Below, in pieces: positions 47,288 to 57,849 of a stretch of 64,000 bases of DNA. The translations under genes and the position numbers were made by a program. The notes beneath the pieces were generated by a model that searched no databases, was not told the DNA's origin, and saw only the letters and a program-made list of their open reading frames with translations. The stretch is from an uncultured Planctomycetales bacterium (lineage in GTDB: Bacteria > Omnitrophota > Gorgyraeia > Zapsychrales > Fredricksoniimonadaceae), in NCBI GenBank assembly GCA_964572155.1, contig CAZNDZ010000001.1:518518-582517 (forward strand). Reading direction: 5' to 3'. How positions within the stretch are numbered: the first letter of the stretch is position 1; the number at the start of each line of letters is the position of its first letter.

Positions 47288-48730
47288 ATGGAAACTAATG
47301 AAACTAAAGAAGTTAGGATAAAAAAATTAGACCGACTGCGTGCTAGTGGGATTGAGAGTTATGGGCATCAGTTTGTGACCACCCATGGGATTGGGGATAT
47401 ATTAAAGGATTTTAAAGAGGGTTTGCAAGTTGTGGTGGCTGGGCGTTTGATGGCGGATCGTGATCAGGGTAAGGTGCATTTTATGGATCTTATGGATCAA
47501 AGTGGGCGCATGCAGTTGTTTGCGAAACTCGATAATATGGGTGAAGCAGCTTTCAAGTTAATTGATGCATTGGATATTGGTGATATTTTAGGGATTGAAG
47601 GCGAAACATTTACAACCAAAACAGGTCAGCCATGTATTCGCATTAATAAATACCATGTGTTGGCTAAGTCCTTGCAAACATTGCCAGAAAAATGGCATGG
47701 CCTTAAAGACGTGGACATTCGTTACCGCCAACGTTATGTGGATATGATTGCTAATCCCGATGTTCGAGAAGTCTTTATTAAACGCAGCAAAATCATTTCA
47801 TTTATCCGTAAGTTTTTGGATTCACGTGGATTCTTAGAAGTTGAAACACCCATGCTTCAGCCGTTGGCGGGTGGTGCGCGTGGTAAACCTTTTGCCTCAA
47901 AGCATAATGCGCTAGATATGAATGTGTTTTTGCGCATTGCGCCAGAACTTTATTTGAAACGTTTACTCGTCGGTGGTTTGGAGAAGGTGTATGAGATGAA
48001 CCGTAATTTTAGAAATGAAGGTATCTCAACGCGCCATAATCCTGAGTTTACCATGCTCGAAGTCTACCAAGCTTACGGCAACTTTGAAGACATGATGAAA
48101 TTAACCGAAGATGTTGTTTCAGAAGCGGTTAAATCTGTGCATGGAAGCTATAAGATCACCTATCAAGGCAAAGACATTGATTTTACACCACCTTGGGAAC
48201 GTCGTTCTTTTGCAAAGGTGGTCAAAGAACATTTTGACATTAACCCTGAAGATACAGCGCAAGATATGTTAGAAAAAGTTAAAGCGCGTCGTAAGGGTGT
48301 AAAGGTTGATCGTTTGACAAAGTCAGCGATTATGAATATTGTCGAAGATGCCTTGGATGAAAATCCAACCGCTAATCCTGTTTTCATGTTGGATTATTTT
48401 ACATTCTTGTCGCCATTAGCCAAAGCTTCACCAAGCAATCCTGCCATTGCCGAGCGTTTTGAGTTTTTCATCGCAGGCATGGAAGTGGGCAATGCCTATT
48501 CTGAGTTAAATGATCCTCAAGAACAATTCAAACGTTTAACCGCGGATTTAGAAGATGATGTGGAAACAGGCAATCGCACCATTGACGAGGATTTCGTGAC
48601 AGCCTTGGAATACGGCATGCCACCAGCCGGTGGTTTGGGCATTGGGATTGATCGTTTGGTGATGCTCTTGACCGATTCACCGTCGATCCGTGATGTTATC
48701 TTATTTCCTCTTATGAAACCGGAGCAATAA
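47288..48730 (+). CDS. lysS: Lysyl-tRNA synthetase, class II (LysS)
   Basis: Anticodon-binding OB domain followed by class II motifs ('FRNEGISTRHNPEFTMLEVY' motif 2, 'GGLGIGIDRLVMLL' motif 3). Confidence 0.9.
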   Translation: METNETKEVRIKKLDRLRASGIESYGHQFVTTHGIGDILKDFKEGLQVVVAGRLMADRDQGKVHFMDLMDQSGRMQLFAKLDNMGEAAFKLIDALDIGDILGIEGETFTTKTGQPCIRINKYHVLAKSLQTLPEKWHGLKDVDIRYRQRYVDMIANPDVREVFIKRSKIISFIRKFLDSRGFLEVETPMLQPLAGGARGKPFASKHNALDMNVFLRIAPELYLKRLLVGGLEKVYEMNRNFRNEGISTRHNPEFTMLEVYQAYGNFEDMMKLTEDVVSEAVKSVHGSYKITYQGKDIDFTPPWERRSFAKVVKEHFDINPEDTAQDMLEKVKARRKGVKVDRLTKSAIMNIVEDALDENPTANPVFMLDYFTFLSPLAKASPSNPAIAERFEFFIAGMEVGNAYSELNDPQEQFKRLTADLEDDVETGNRTIDEDFVTALEYGMPPAGGLGIGIDRLVMLLTDSPSIRDVILFPLMKPEQ

Positions 48731-49929
48731 TGAATTTCTCCTTTTGGATGGCTTTGCGCTATTTAAATGCCAAGAAAGATAAGTTTTTAACCGTGATCAA
48801 TTTCATTGCCGTGGCAGGCATCGCCATTGGTGTGGCGGCGCTCATCATCGTCATTGGGGTCATGAGTGGTTTTGATCATGACTTGCGTGAAAAGATCGTT
48901 GGTGCTAATGCCCATGTCTTGGTTGAAAAAGAGACGGGTTTGAAGAATTATACTGATTTGTTTGGCCGCTTGAAAAAAATTGCAGGTGTGACAGGCGCAT
49001 CGCCCTATATTCATGCGAATGTTTTCTTGGAAGTCCCAGGCCGAGCAGAGAATCTGATTTTGCGTGGCGTTAGCCCCGCCACAGAAGCAGGTGTTACCCG
49101 CATTGATCAATATTTGTCTAAGGCTAAGGTTGCTGATTTAAAAGAAGATGAGGTGATCATCGGCAGTCAATTGGCCGCGTTTTATGGTTATAAGCCAGGT
49201 GATGAGTTGGTGGTCATTGCGCCAGCGTCGGGGGTTGCTGGTAAAGATTGGCGGTTTAAATTGAAAGTTGCGCAAGTGTTTAATTCTGGCATGTATGATT
49301 ATGACCGTAATTTAATCTTGGTGCATTTAGATAAAGCTCAAGAAATTGTACATATCAGCAAAGACATGGTGAGCGGCATTGGGTTAAAGTTAAAGAATCC
49401 AGATAATGCCCAAGCAGTCAAGAAAGCCATTTATGAAGCAGAGGGTTTTAGTTTTGTCGTGCGTACGTGGATGGAAAGCAGTGCAACGTTCTTTGCGGCC
49501 TTAGCCCTAGAGAAAGTTGCTATGTTTATCATTTTAACGCTCATTGTCTTGGTTGCATCGTTTAATATTGTAAGCACTTTAATTGTCACGGTAACAAGTA
49601 AGGTTAGGGACATAGGTATCTTAATGGCAATAGGCGCGTCTCGTGGAACAATTCAAATGATTTTTACGATTCAGGGACTGATTATTGGTTTCATGGGGGT
49701 ATTTTGGGGTTTCATTTTAGGTGTCGGTTTAAGCGTATTGCTTAAGAAATATCATTTTATCGAATTACCGCAGGATATTTATTACATTAAGCACATTCCT
49801 GTGTTAATCCAAGCCACTGATGTTGGATACATCGTCGGTGCTGCCATGATGATTGCGTATTTTGCAACCATTTATCCTGCATTTAAAGCCAGCCGTTTAG
49901 AGCCGGTAGAAGCGTTGAGGTACCAATGA
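48730..49929 (+). CDS. Lipoprotein-release ABC permease (LolC/LolE family, FtsX-like)
   Basis: N-terminal TM, large periplasmic domain and three C-terminal TM segments. Followed by a LolD-like ATPase. Confidence 0.8.
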   Translation: MNFSFWMALRYLNAKKDKFLTVINFIAVAGIAIGVAALIIVIGVMSGFDHDLREKIVGANAHVLVEKETGLKNYTDLFGRLKKIAGVTGASPYIHANVFLEVPGRAENLILRGVSPATEAGVTRIDQYLSKAKVADLKEDEVIIGSQLAAFYGYKPGDELVVIAPASGVAGKDWRFKLKVAQVFNSGMYDYDRNLILVHLDKAQEIVHISKDMVSGIGLKLKNPDNAQAVKKAIYEAEGFSFVVRTWMESSATFFAALALEKVAMFIILTLIVLVASFNIVSTLIVTVTSKVRDIGILMAIGASRGTIQMIFTIQGLIIGFMGVFWGFILGVGLSVLLKKYHFIELPQDIYYIKHIPVLIQATDVGYIVGAAMMIAYFATIYPAFKASRLEPVEALRYQ

Positions 49930-50600
49930 TAAAGGCTCAAAATGTTTCCAAAGCATATCGCCAAGCCGGTAATGTGCTGCGCGTATTAAAAGACGTGTCG
50001 ATCGATATTAACAGTGGCGAAATGATGGCGATTGTAGGCCCATCAGGTGCAGGTAAGTCCACATTGTTGCATATCTTAGGTGGTCTTGATAAACCCAACG
50101 AAGGCGTGGTTACCTTTGAGGGCCAAGATATTTACACCATGACGGATGAAAAGCGTTCTGCGTGGCGTAATGTGAAGGTTGGTTTTGTGTTTCAATCGTA
50201 TTATTTGATCCCAGAATTGACGGCGCTCGAGAATGTGATTTTGCCTGTCATGGTTAAAAATAATTCAAGAAAAACAAGCCAGATCGAAGATATGGGAGTA
50301 AAATTATTGGAAAGCGTTGGTTTATCCGCGCGCGTGACCCATCGTCCAAGCCAGCTATCTGGCGGGGAACAGCAACGGGTGGCTATAGCGCGTAGCTTGA
50401 TTAATCAACCTGCGGTCCTGTTTTGTGACGAGCCAACAGGTAATTTAGATTCTGCCTCTGGCCAAAAGGTTATGGATATTTTATTGAGTTTAAATGCGAC
50501 GCACCATCAAAGTGTGGTGATTGTGACGCATGATCAAAAAATAGCATCGCGTGTATCTCGCGTTGTGTACATTAAAGACGGGCAAATAATCAAGGAGTAA
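49926..50600 (+). CDS. lolD: Lipoprotein-release ABC ATPase LolD
   Basis: Walker A 'GPSGAGKST', signature 'LSGGEQQRVAIAR' and Walker B 'LFCDEPTGNLD'. Confidence 0.8.
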   Translation: MIKAQNVSKAYRQAGNVLRVLKDVSIDINSGEMMAIVGPSGAGKSTLLHILGGLDKPNEGVVTFEGQDIYTMTDEKRSAWRNVKVGFVFQSYYLIPELTALENVILPVMVKNNSRKTSQIEDMGVKLLESVGLSARVTHRPSQLSGGEQQRVAIARSLINQPAVLFCDEPTGNLDSASGQKVMDILLSLNATHHQSVVIVTHDQKIASRVSRVVYIKDGQIIKE

Positions 50601-50604
50601 ACCT

Positions 50605-51474
50605 GTGAAGATTTATTTTAATGGAAAATTAGTCGGTAAAAATGACGCCAAGGTGTCTGTGTTTGATCATGGGTTCCTTTATGGCGACGGTGGTTTTGAA
50701 GGCATTCGTGCGTATGACGGTGTTGTGTTTCGTTTAAAAGAACACATCGACCGCTTGTATGAAACACTGCACACGTTGTTAATCAATCCGCAAATGACCA
50801 AGAAGGAAATGATTGATGCGGTGGTGATGACACTCAAAGCCAATAAGATTAAGAACGGATATATCCGTTTGATTGTTAGCCGTGGCGACGGGGATTTAGG
50901 ACTAGATCCACGCAAATGCTTTGGTAAACCAAACGTGATCATCATTGCGGATAATATCACCCTGTACCCTGCGGCGTTGTATGAAAAGGGCATGGAGATC
51001 ATCACGGTTGCGACGACAAAAAATAATGTCAATGCGCTTAATCCACAATTAAAGTCGCTGAATTATTTGAATAATATTTTAGCCAAGATTGAAGCCACAC
51101 ATTGTGGGTATAACGAAGCGATCATGCTCGATCAAAACGGCTATATTGGTGAATGCACGGGTGACAATGTGTTTATCATCAAGAATGGTTTGTTGTCAAC
51201 GCCACATTTAGCAAGGCTCGAGGGGATTACTGCCCAAGCCATCTTGGATTTAGCAGAAGGCATGAAGGTTAAAACGCATAAAGGTTTTATCACACGCCAT
51301 GAATTGTATAACGCGCAAGAATGTTTCTTAACAGGGACAGCGGCGGAGTTAATACCAATTGTTAAGGTTGATGGTCGTACCATTGGCACAGGTAAACCTG
51401 GTGTTTTGACGGCCAAGCTACTCAAAGCATTTCGTGCTTTAGCAAAAAAAGATGGGGTTAAGTATGCAGTGTGA
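50605..51474 (+). CDS. Class IV (fold-type IV) aminotransferase, branched-chain or D-amino-acid aminotransferase
   Basis: 'FDHGFLYGDGGFEGIRAY' and 'ECFLTGTAAELIPIVKVDGRTIG'. GTG start. Confidence 0.75.
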   Translation: MKIYFNGKLVGKNDAKVSVFDHGFLYGDGGFEGIRAYDGVVFRLKEHIDRLYETLHTLLINPQMTKKEMIDAVVMTLKANKIKNGYIRLIVSRGDGDLGLDPRKCFGKPNVIIIADNITLYPAALYEKGMEIITVATTKNNVNALNPQLKSLNYLNNILAKIEATHCGYNEAIMLDQNGYIGECTGDNVFIIKNGLLSTPHLARLEGITAQAILDLAEGMKVKTHKGFITRHELYNAQECFLTGTAAELIPIVKVDGRTIGTGKPGVLTAKLLKAFRALAKKDGVKYAV

Positions 51475-52015
51475 TATTTGCAGCAAAAAGAAAGCTACCG
51501 TGCATTTAACCGAAATTGTCGACGAACAAATGTCGGAGATGCATTTGTGTGAAGAATGCGCACGCAATAAGAGCGCCCAAATGGAACAGCAATTTGGTTT
51601 GGGTGATTTATTAGCAGGTTTGTCAGCCGACGTGGGCAAAGGACCAGTGAAGGCCGATGATAAAACAGCGCTTAAGTGTTCAAGTTGCGGACTTAATTAT
51701 GAAGATTTCCGTAAATTTGGGAGATTGGGTTGTGGTCAATGTTACAGCTCATTTAAGGAACATTTATCGGGGCTGTTGCGCAAAATCCATGGCTCAAATC
51801 GTCATTTAGGTAAGACGCCCTTTGGCATTCAAGCAAACAACGAGAAGGAAGCGCCGGTGGTGTCTGCCAGTTTACCAGCGCCAGAACCTGTGACTTTGCT
51901 TGCTTCTGAAAACATTGATGATTTAAAAAAACAATTGCACGCGGCAATCGTTGCGGAAGATTTCGAGAAGGCAGCAAAATTGCGCGATAAGATACGTCGG
52001 ATGGAGAAGTCATGA
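51464..52015 (+). CDS. mcsA: Protein-arginine kinase activator McsA (zinc-ribbon plus UVR domain)
   Basis: Two CxxC pairs ('CDICSKKK ... CEECAR', 'CSSCGLNY ... CGQCY'). C-terminal UVR motif 'LKKQLHAAIVAEDFEKAAKLRDKIRRME'. Confidence 0.7.
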   Translation: MQCDICSKKKATVHLTEIVDEQMSEMHLCEECARNKSAQMEQQFGLGDLLAGLSADVGKGPVKADDKTALKCSSCGLNYEDFRKFGRLGCGQCYSSFKEHLSGLLRKIHGSNRHLGKTPFGIQANNEKEAPVVSASLPAPEPVTLLASENIDDLKKQLHAAIVAEDFEKAAKLRDKIRRMEKS

Positions 52016-53070
52016 AAATTGAAGAATTATTAAATCATACAGGCGAATGGTTGCGGGGCACAGGTCCTTCGGCGCATATCGTCATGAGCTCACGCATCCG
52101 CTTGGCACGTAATCTAGCTCAAGCGAATTTCACGAATAAAGCAGGCAAGAAGGATCTGGAAGCAGTCTTTACGACCGTCGAGAAAGCAGTCAATAAGATT
52201 GGGTTATTTAAAGGTGCGACATTGTTTCGCATGGGAGATTTAGATCAGGTGGATCGTCAGATGCTTGTTGAGCGTCATTTGATGAGCCATGAGCATGCAT
52301 CAAATCCCGACGGTAAAGGTTTGTTGATTTCGGGTGAAGAAGTCATATCGATCATGGTCAATGAAGAAGATCATCTGCGTATCCAAGTCATGCGTTCGGG
52401 ATTAAATTTGACCGAAGGTTGGGACATGATCAATGCCATGGATGATGCCTTATCAAAGGAATTAGAATTTGCATTTACCCCAGCATGGGGCTATTTAACC
52501 GCTTGTCCGACGAACACAGGCACAGCGATGCGCGGCAGCGTCATGGTGCATTTACCAGCACTTGTTATGACCAAGCAAATCAATAAGGTATTATCAGCCA
52601 TTTCAAAATTGTCGTTTGCCAGCCGTGGTTTTTATGGTGAAGGCACGCAAGCGTCGGGAAATTTTTATCAAATATCTAATCAAGTGGCGTTAGGGCACAG
52701 TGAAGAAGATATCATTCAAAACATTAATGGCTTGATCCGTCAGGTCATTGAGCAAGAAGAGCAAGCGCGACAAGCGTTGTTGGTTCAAAATAAACCCATG
52801 CTCGAAGATAAAATTTGTCGTTCTTGGGGTGTGCTAAAAACAGCACGCATCATTTCGAGTCAGGAAGCCATCGAATTATTCTCGATGGTGCGCTTGGGCG
52901 TCGATATGGGGATTCTAAAAGATGTTGCCCATAAAGCCATCAATGAAATGTTTATCATGATACAACCTGCCCACTTACAAAAAGTGGAAGGAAAAAAACT
53001 CAATGCGTTCGAGCGTGATACCAAGCGCGCTGCTGTTATTCGTCAAAAGTTAGGTCAGTCGCTTATCTAG
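52012..53070 (+). CDS. mcsB: Protein-arginine kinase McsB (ATP:guanido phosphotransferase)
   Basis: 'LTACPTNTGTAMRGSVMVHLPAL' is the phosphagen-kinase active-site loop (CPTN-GTG-R). Confidence 0.85.
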   Translation: MKIEELLNHTGEWLRGTGPSAHIVMSSRIRLARNLAQANFTNKAGKKDLEAVFTTVEKAVNKIGLFKGATLFRMGDLDQVDRQMLVERHLMSHEHASNPDGKGLLISGEEVISIMVNEEDHLRIQVMRSGLNLTEGWDMINAMDDALSKELEFAFTPAWGYLTACPTNTGTAMRGSVMVHLPALVMTKQINKVLSAISKLSFASRGFYGEGTQASGNFYQISNQVALGHSEEDIIQNINGLIRQVIEQEEQARQALLVQNKPMLEDKICRSWGVLKTARIISSQEAIELFSMVRLGVDMGILKDVAHKAINEMFIMIQPAHLQKVEGKKLNAFERDTKRAAVIRQKLGQSLI

Positions 53071-53118
53071 GGTCTGACACGGTATTGTATTTATAATAGT
53101 TTAACCAGGAGGCAGAAA

Positions 53119-55578
53119 ATGTTTAATCGATTCACTGAGCGAGCACGTAAGGTGATTGTATATGCCAAAGAAGAAGCCCGTCGTTTTAATCATGATTATA
53201 TTGGCACTGAACATTTACTGTTAGGTTTGATCCGCGAAGGCGAAGGTGTTGCTGCCGCTGTTTTGCAAAAGTTAGGCTTAGATTTAGAAACCATTCGTTT
53301 GGAAGTTGAAAAGCTAGTGCAGCCAGGCCCACAAACGCAAGTGATGGGCGATATCCCATTTACCCCACGTTCTAAGAAAGCTTTAGAATTGTCAGCGGAA
53401 GAAGCGCGTGCCTTGGGTCATAATTATATTGGCACCGAGCATTTGCTGTTAGGTTTAGTTAAAGAAGGCGAAGGCATGGCCTATCGCGTTTTACTAAACT
53501 TAGGTTTAGATTTAGGAAAGTTGCGTAACGAAGTCATGGAATTATTAGGTTCAGGTATTCCAGGCTATGGCCAACAACAGCAGCAGCAACAACAAGAAGC
53601 ACAAAAGTCTGGTAAAACACCGGCGATAGATGCGTATGGCCGTAATTTAAATAAACTCGCGCGCGACGGAAAATTAGATCCAGTGATTGGCCGTAAAACA
53701 GAAATTGAACGCGTGGTGCAAATCTTATCACGTCGTACAAAAAATAATCCTGTGTTACTTGGTGAAGCGGGTATTGGTAAGACCGCAATCGTCGAAGGTT
53801 TAGCCCAACAAATTGTTTCCGGTGATGTTCCTGAAATTTTGCGTGAAAAAATCATCGTGGTTCTTGATCTTGCCATGATGATTGCAGGTACTAAATACCG
53901 TGGTCAATTTGAAGAACGTATCAAGGCTGTCATGGATGAACTTAAGCGTTCTGGTAAAATCGTGTTATTTATCGACGAGATTCATACACTTGTTGGTGCA
54001 GGTGCTGCTGAAGGTGCAATTGATGCGGCTAATATCTTAAAGCCAGCACTCGCCCGTGGTGAAATCCAATGCATCGGTGCAACAACGCTCGATGAATACC
54101 GCAAGAACATTGAAAAAGATGCGGCATTAGAGCGTCGTTTCCAAACAATCTTGGTTGAACCGCCATCCGTTGATGAAACCATTCAGATCCTCAAAGGTTT
54201 GCGCGATAAATATGAAGCTCATCACCGTGTGAAGTTTTCGGATGAATCGTTAGAAGCTGCGGCAAAATTATCAGATCGATATATTTCCAACCGGTTTTTA
54301 CCAGATAAGGCTGTTGATATCTTAGACGAAGCAGGTGCCCGTGCGCGCTTACAAGCCATGGTCGTGCCGGATAATATCAAAGAGCTCGAGGCAAACATTG
54401 AGAATTTACGCAAAGAAAAAGAATCATTCATTAAGATTCAAGATTTTGAACGTGCTGCAAAGATGCGCGATCAAGAGCGTGATGTGCGTGATGAATTAGA
54501 ACGCAAACGCAGTGAATGGTTGCAAAAGCGCGATGATGTGTCTTTGACCATCACCGATGATGATATTGCTCGCGTTATTTCCCAATGGACAAAAATTCCA
54601 CTCATTCGCTTAGAGCAAAAAGAAAGCGAACGTCTTTTGAAGATGGAAGCCAAGATGAAAGAAAATGTCATTGGCCAAGACGAAGCCGTGTCGGCGATTT
54701 CCCGCGCAGTGCGTCGTTCCCGCGCAGGGATCAAGAATCCTCGTCGACCAATTGGTTCATTTATTTTCTTAGGACCTACCGGCGTTGGTAAGACATTGTT
54801 GGCGCGCATCTTGTCTGAATTCATGTTTGGTGATGAGAATGCCTTGATCCAAATTGATATGTCAGAGTATATGGACAAATTCAATGTATCCCGTTTGATT
54901 GGTGCGCCTCCAGGTTATGTGGGTTATGAAGAAGGTGGGCAATTAACCGAGAAAGTCCGTCGTCGTCCATATTCCGTCATCTTGCTTGATGAAATTGAAA
55001 AAGCACATCCAGATGTGTTTAATTTGCTGTTGCAAGTCTTTGAAGATGGTCAATTAACCGACAGTCTCGGTCGTCGCGTTGATTTTCGTAACACGATCAT
55101 CATCATGACCTCTAATGTGGGTGCTGAGACAGTGCGTAATAGCGGCACGTTGGGATTTGTGGCGCAAAAAGAAGATGGCACATATAACGGCATGCGCGAT
55201 CGCTTGCTTGGTGAAGTCAAGAAAGCATTCAAACCTGAATTCATCAACCGCATCGATGACATCATTGTCTTTAGACCATTGTCGAAGGAACATTTGCAAG
55301 AAATCGTTAAATTAGAAGTGCAAAAAGTTGTAACGCGTTTGAAAGATCGCGGCATCGATATCACCTTAACACCAGAAGCCTTAAACTTCTTAATTGATAA
55401 AGGCTATGATCCATTGTTTGGTGCCAGACCTTTACGTCGGGTGATTCAACGTTACATCGAAGATACGTTGTCCGAAGAAATCATTGCTGGGCGTTTTAAA
55501 GAAGGTACCAAGTTAAACGTTGTGCGCAAGGGTGATGAAACCTTGTCATTTGAACCGATGGAACCTGTAGTAGGTTAA
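53119..55578 (+). CDS. clpC: ATP-dependent Clp protease ATPase subunit ClpC (Clp-N repeats, two AAA+ modules, UVR linker)
   Basis: Duplicated Clp-N ('[10 protein letters not shown]' twice). Walker A motifs 'GEAGIGKT' and 'GPTGVGKT'. UVR motif '[12 protein letters not shown]'. A poly-Q linker lies after the N-domain. Confidence 0.9.
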   Translation: MFNRFTERARKVIVYAKEEARRFNHDYIGTEHLLLGLIREGEGVAAAVLQKLGLDLETIRLEVEKLVQPGPQTQVMGDIPFTPRSKKALELSAEEARALGHNYIGTEHLLLGLVKEGEGMAYRVLLNLGLDLGKLRNEVMELLGSGIPGYGQQQQQQQQEAQKSGKTPAIDAYGRNLNKLARDGKLDPVIGRKTEIERVVQILSRRTKNNPVLLGEAGIGKTAIVEGLAQQIVSGDVPEILREKIIVVLDLAMMIAGTKYRGQFEERIKAVMDELKRSGKIVLFIDEIHTLVGAGAAEGAIDAANILKPALARGEIQCIGATTLDEYRKNIEKDAALERRFQTILVEPPSVDETIQILKGLRDKYEAHHRVKFSDESLEAAAKLSDRYISNRFLPDKAVDILDEAGARARLQAMVVPDNIKELEANIENLRKEKESFIKIQDFERAAKMRDQERDVRDELERKRSEWLQKRDDVSLTITDDDIARVISQWTKIPLIRLEQKESERLLKMEAKMKENVIGQDEAVSAISRAVRRSRAGIKNPRRPIGSFIFLGPTGVGKTLLARILSEFMFGDENALIQIDMSEYMDKFNVSRLIGAPPGYVGYEEGGQLTEKVRRRPYSVILLDEIEKAHPDVFNLLLQVFEDGQLTDSLGRRVDFRNTIIIMTSNVGAETVRNSGTLGFVAQKEDGTYNGMRDRLLGEVKKAFKPEFINRIDDIIVFRPLSKEHLQEIVKLEVQKVVTRLKDRGIDITLTPEALNFLIDKGYDPLFGARPLRRVIQRYIEDTLSEEIIAGRFKEGTKLNVVRKGDETLSFEPMEPVVG
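53572..53595 (+). repeat. (CAA/CAG)8 trinucleotide microsatellite encoding Q8 in the ClpC N-domain/D1 linker
   Basis: caacaacagcagcagcaacaacaa read in the clpC frame. Confidence 0.9.
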
Positions 55579-55587
55579 TCGAGGGAC

Positions 55588-56373
55588 ATGTTCACATACG
55601 TTTTTAAAACTGGCCAGTTGGCTTTGGGGTGGGTGCGCTATGTTGGGCAGCTGAGCATTTTATGGGCTCAGGTGTGGGCATGCATGTTCACCCCTCCATT
55701 TAAAGGTGTGCGTTCGCTAACGCAATCCCACCGCATTGGCTTGGGAAGTTTTGTGATTTCTGGTTTGGTGGCTTTTTTTGTTGGCATGATCATCGCGCTC
55801 CAAATGGCCTATCAAATGATGCAGCTCTCCGCTGAGATGTACATCCCCAATATCATCGCTGTTTCCCTAACACGTGAATTAGTGCCTGTTCTAACGGCGC
55901 TCATTGTTGCTGGTCGCGTCGGTGCAGGTATAGCCGCTGAAATAGGTTCTATGACAGTGACGGAACAGGTCGATGCGATGCGTGCCTTTGCTGTTAATCC
56001 TGTACGCTATCTGGTTGTGCCGCGATTCTTAGGTTTAGTTGCCATGTTGCCGATCTTAACCGTGATCTCTGACTTAATTGGGATTTGTGGCGGTTATATC
56101 ATTTGTGTTTTTAAACTACATATTGGCCATGCCATGTTCTGGAAGATGACATTCTTGTCATTGACCCAAAAAGATATTGTCACAGGTTTGATTAAAACAT
56201 TGTTCTTTGGCATGATCATTGCCATCGTCGGTTGTCATCAAGGATTGAATGTAAAAGGCGGAGCAGAAGGTGTGGGCAAAGCAACCACGACAGCGGTTGT
56301 GAGGTCATTTATATTTATTATCATGATGGATTGTTTTATTACCTTTGTTTTTTATTTTCTTTTAAATACTTAA
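55588..56373 (+). CDS. mlaE: Mla phospholipid-transport ABC permease MlaE
   Basis: Polytopic permease with the EQ-x-D-A motif region ('TEQVDAMRAFAVNP'). Confidence 0.8.
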   Translation: MFTYVFKTGQLALGWVRYVGQLSILWAQVWACMFTPPFKGVRSLTQSHRIGLGSFVISGLVAFFVGMIIALQMAYQMMQLSAEMYIPNIIAVSLTRELVPVLTALIVAGRVGAGIAAEIGSMTVTEQVDAMRAFAVNPVRYLVVPRFLGLVAMLPILTVISDLIGICGGYIICVFKLHIGHAMFWKMTFLSLTQKDIVTGLIKTLFFGMIIAIVGCHQGLNVKGGAEGVGKATTTAVVRSFIFIIMMDCFITFVFYFLLNT

Positions 56374-56374
56374 T

Positions 56375-57160
56375 ATGATCGAAATTCATAATTTATATAA
56401 GTCTTTTGGTCCACAGATGATTTTAAACAATTTGAATCTCACGGTGCGTCGAGGTGAGACCAAGGTTGTGATCGGTCGCTCTGGTGTTGGTAAAAGCGTT
56501 TTACTTAAAAGCATTGTGGGTTTGATGCGCCCTGAAAGCGGTTCGATTAAGATCAATGGAGTTGAGGTAACAGATTTGAATGAACGTGAATATAACAAAT
56601 TGCGCATGGAAATCGGCATGGTTTTTCAAGGTGGCGCCCTATTTGATTCCTTATCCGTCGGTGAGAATGTGGCTTTTGTGTTAGATGAGTTTATGAACCT
56701 TGAAGCAAAAACAGTGAAAGAACGAGTGCGCGATGCGTTGGGGATGGTGGGTTTGAAGGACGTGGAGCATTTGATGCCATCTCAACTATCTGGTGGGATG
56801 AAAAAGCGGGTGAGTTTAGCGCGTGTCTTGTGCATGGAGCCCCAAATCATTTTGTATGATGAACCAACCTCCGAGGTTGATCCCATCACGGCGGTTGCGA
56901 TCAATAATTTGATCCGTGAATTGCGCGACAAGTTAAAAGTCACGTCAATTGTTGTGACGCACGATATGAATTCCGCATATCAGATTGCAGATTCAATTGC
57001 CATGTTTTATAAGGGTGCGGTTATTGCCGACGGAACACCAGATGAAATACGTAACAGCAAGAATCCAGTGGTGCACCAGTTTATCAATGGGTTGCACGAA
57101 GGTCCTATTACAGACGATGAACAATTAGTTTTTGGTCATATCAAACAGGAGAGCTTATGA
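56375..57160 (+). CDS. mlaF: Mla ABC ATPase MlaF
   Basis: Walker A 'GRSGVGKS', signature 'LSGGMKKRVSLAR' and Walker B 'ILYDEPTS'. Confidence 0.85.
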   Translation: MIEIHNLYKSFGPQMILNNLNLTVRRGETKVVIGRSGVGKSVLLKSIVGLMRPESGSIKINGVEVTDLNEREYNKLRMEIGMVFQGGALFDSLSVGENVAFVLDEFMNLEAKTVKERVRDALGMVGLKDVEHLMPSQLSGGMKKRVSLARVLCMEPQIILYDEPTSEVDPITAVAINNLIRELRDKLKVTSIVVTHDMNSAYQIADSIAMFYKGAVIADGTPDEIRNSKNPVVHQFINGLHEGPITDDEQLVFGHIKQESL

Positions 57161-57846
57161 CCCGTGAAAGTCATTTGGAGTTAAAGGTCGGGAGTTTTGT
57201 ATTGGCAGGTGTTTTGGTGCTGTCGTTTTTTGTCAGCTCGATCAGTAATTTTTCATTTGTCGATAAGGGATGGCCCATGCAAGCCGTGTTTACGTTTGCC
57301 AATGGGATCAAAGACGCGGCGCCTGTCCGTCTTGCGGGGATTGAGGTTGGCATTGTCAAAGGCATCAAGGTGTATACCGATGAACAAGACAAGCGCATCA
57401 AGGTTCGGATTAATCTTTGGATCAAAGAAGGTATAAATATCCCTGTTGACTCAAAAGTCATTATCAATCAATTAGGGTTGTTGGGTGAAAAGTATGTCGA
57501 GATTTTCCCTGGAGTATCGACGGAATATGTCAAAGTTAACACAGACATTTTGGGAAAAGATCCCGTGCCTGTTGAACGTGTGACCGAACAAGTCAATGAA
57601 TTGGCAGATAAGATTTCTCTGACAATTGACAAGGTTAATAGTGATCTATTGTCCCCAGCCAATCGCGATGCGGTTGCAGGGGCGCTTAAGGGTATTAATG
57701 AGTTGATTGCAAAAGTAAATCGTGGGGAAGGGACTGTTGGTCGTTTATTTAATGATGATTCGATTTATCGCAATTTGGAAGAATTAACAGCAGATTTGAA
57801 ACTTAATCCATGGAAATTATTGTATCGACCAAGGAATATAAAGTAG
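57157..57846 (+). CDS. mlaD: MCE-domain protein MlaD
   Basis: N-terminal TM followed by an MCE domain ('VRLAGIEVGIVKGIKV'). Confidence 0.75.
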   Translation: MTRESHLELKVGSFVLAGVLVLSFFVSSISNFSFVDKGWPMQAVFTFANGIKDAAPVRLAGIEVGIVKGIKVYTDEQDKRIKVRINLWIKEGINIPVDSKVIINQLGLLGEKYVEIFPGVSTEYVKVNTDILGKDPVPVERVTEQVNELADKISLTIDKVNSDLLSPANRDAVAGALKGINELIAKVNRGEGTVGRLFNDDSIYRNLEELTADLKLNPWKLLYRPRNIK

Positions 57847-57849
57847 CAC

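Noticed and set aside
53071-53118. Possible CtsR operator upstream of clpC or mcsA
   Set aside because: There is no direct-repeat heptad resembling RGTCAAA-N-A-N-RGTCAAA. Only a TATAAT-like hexamer and a GGAGG RBS are present.
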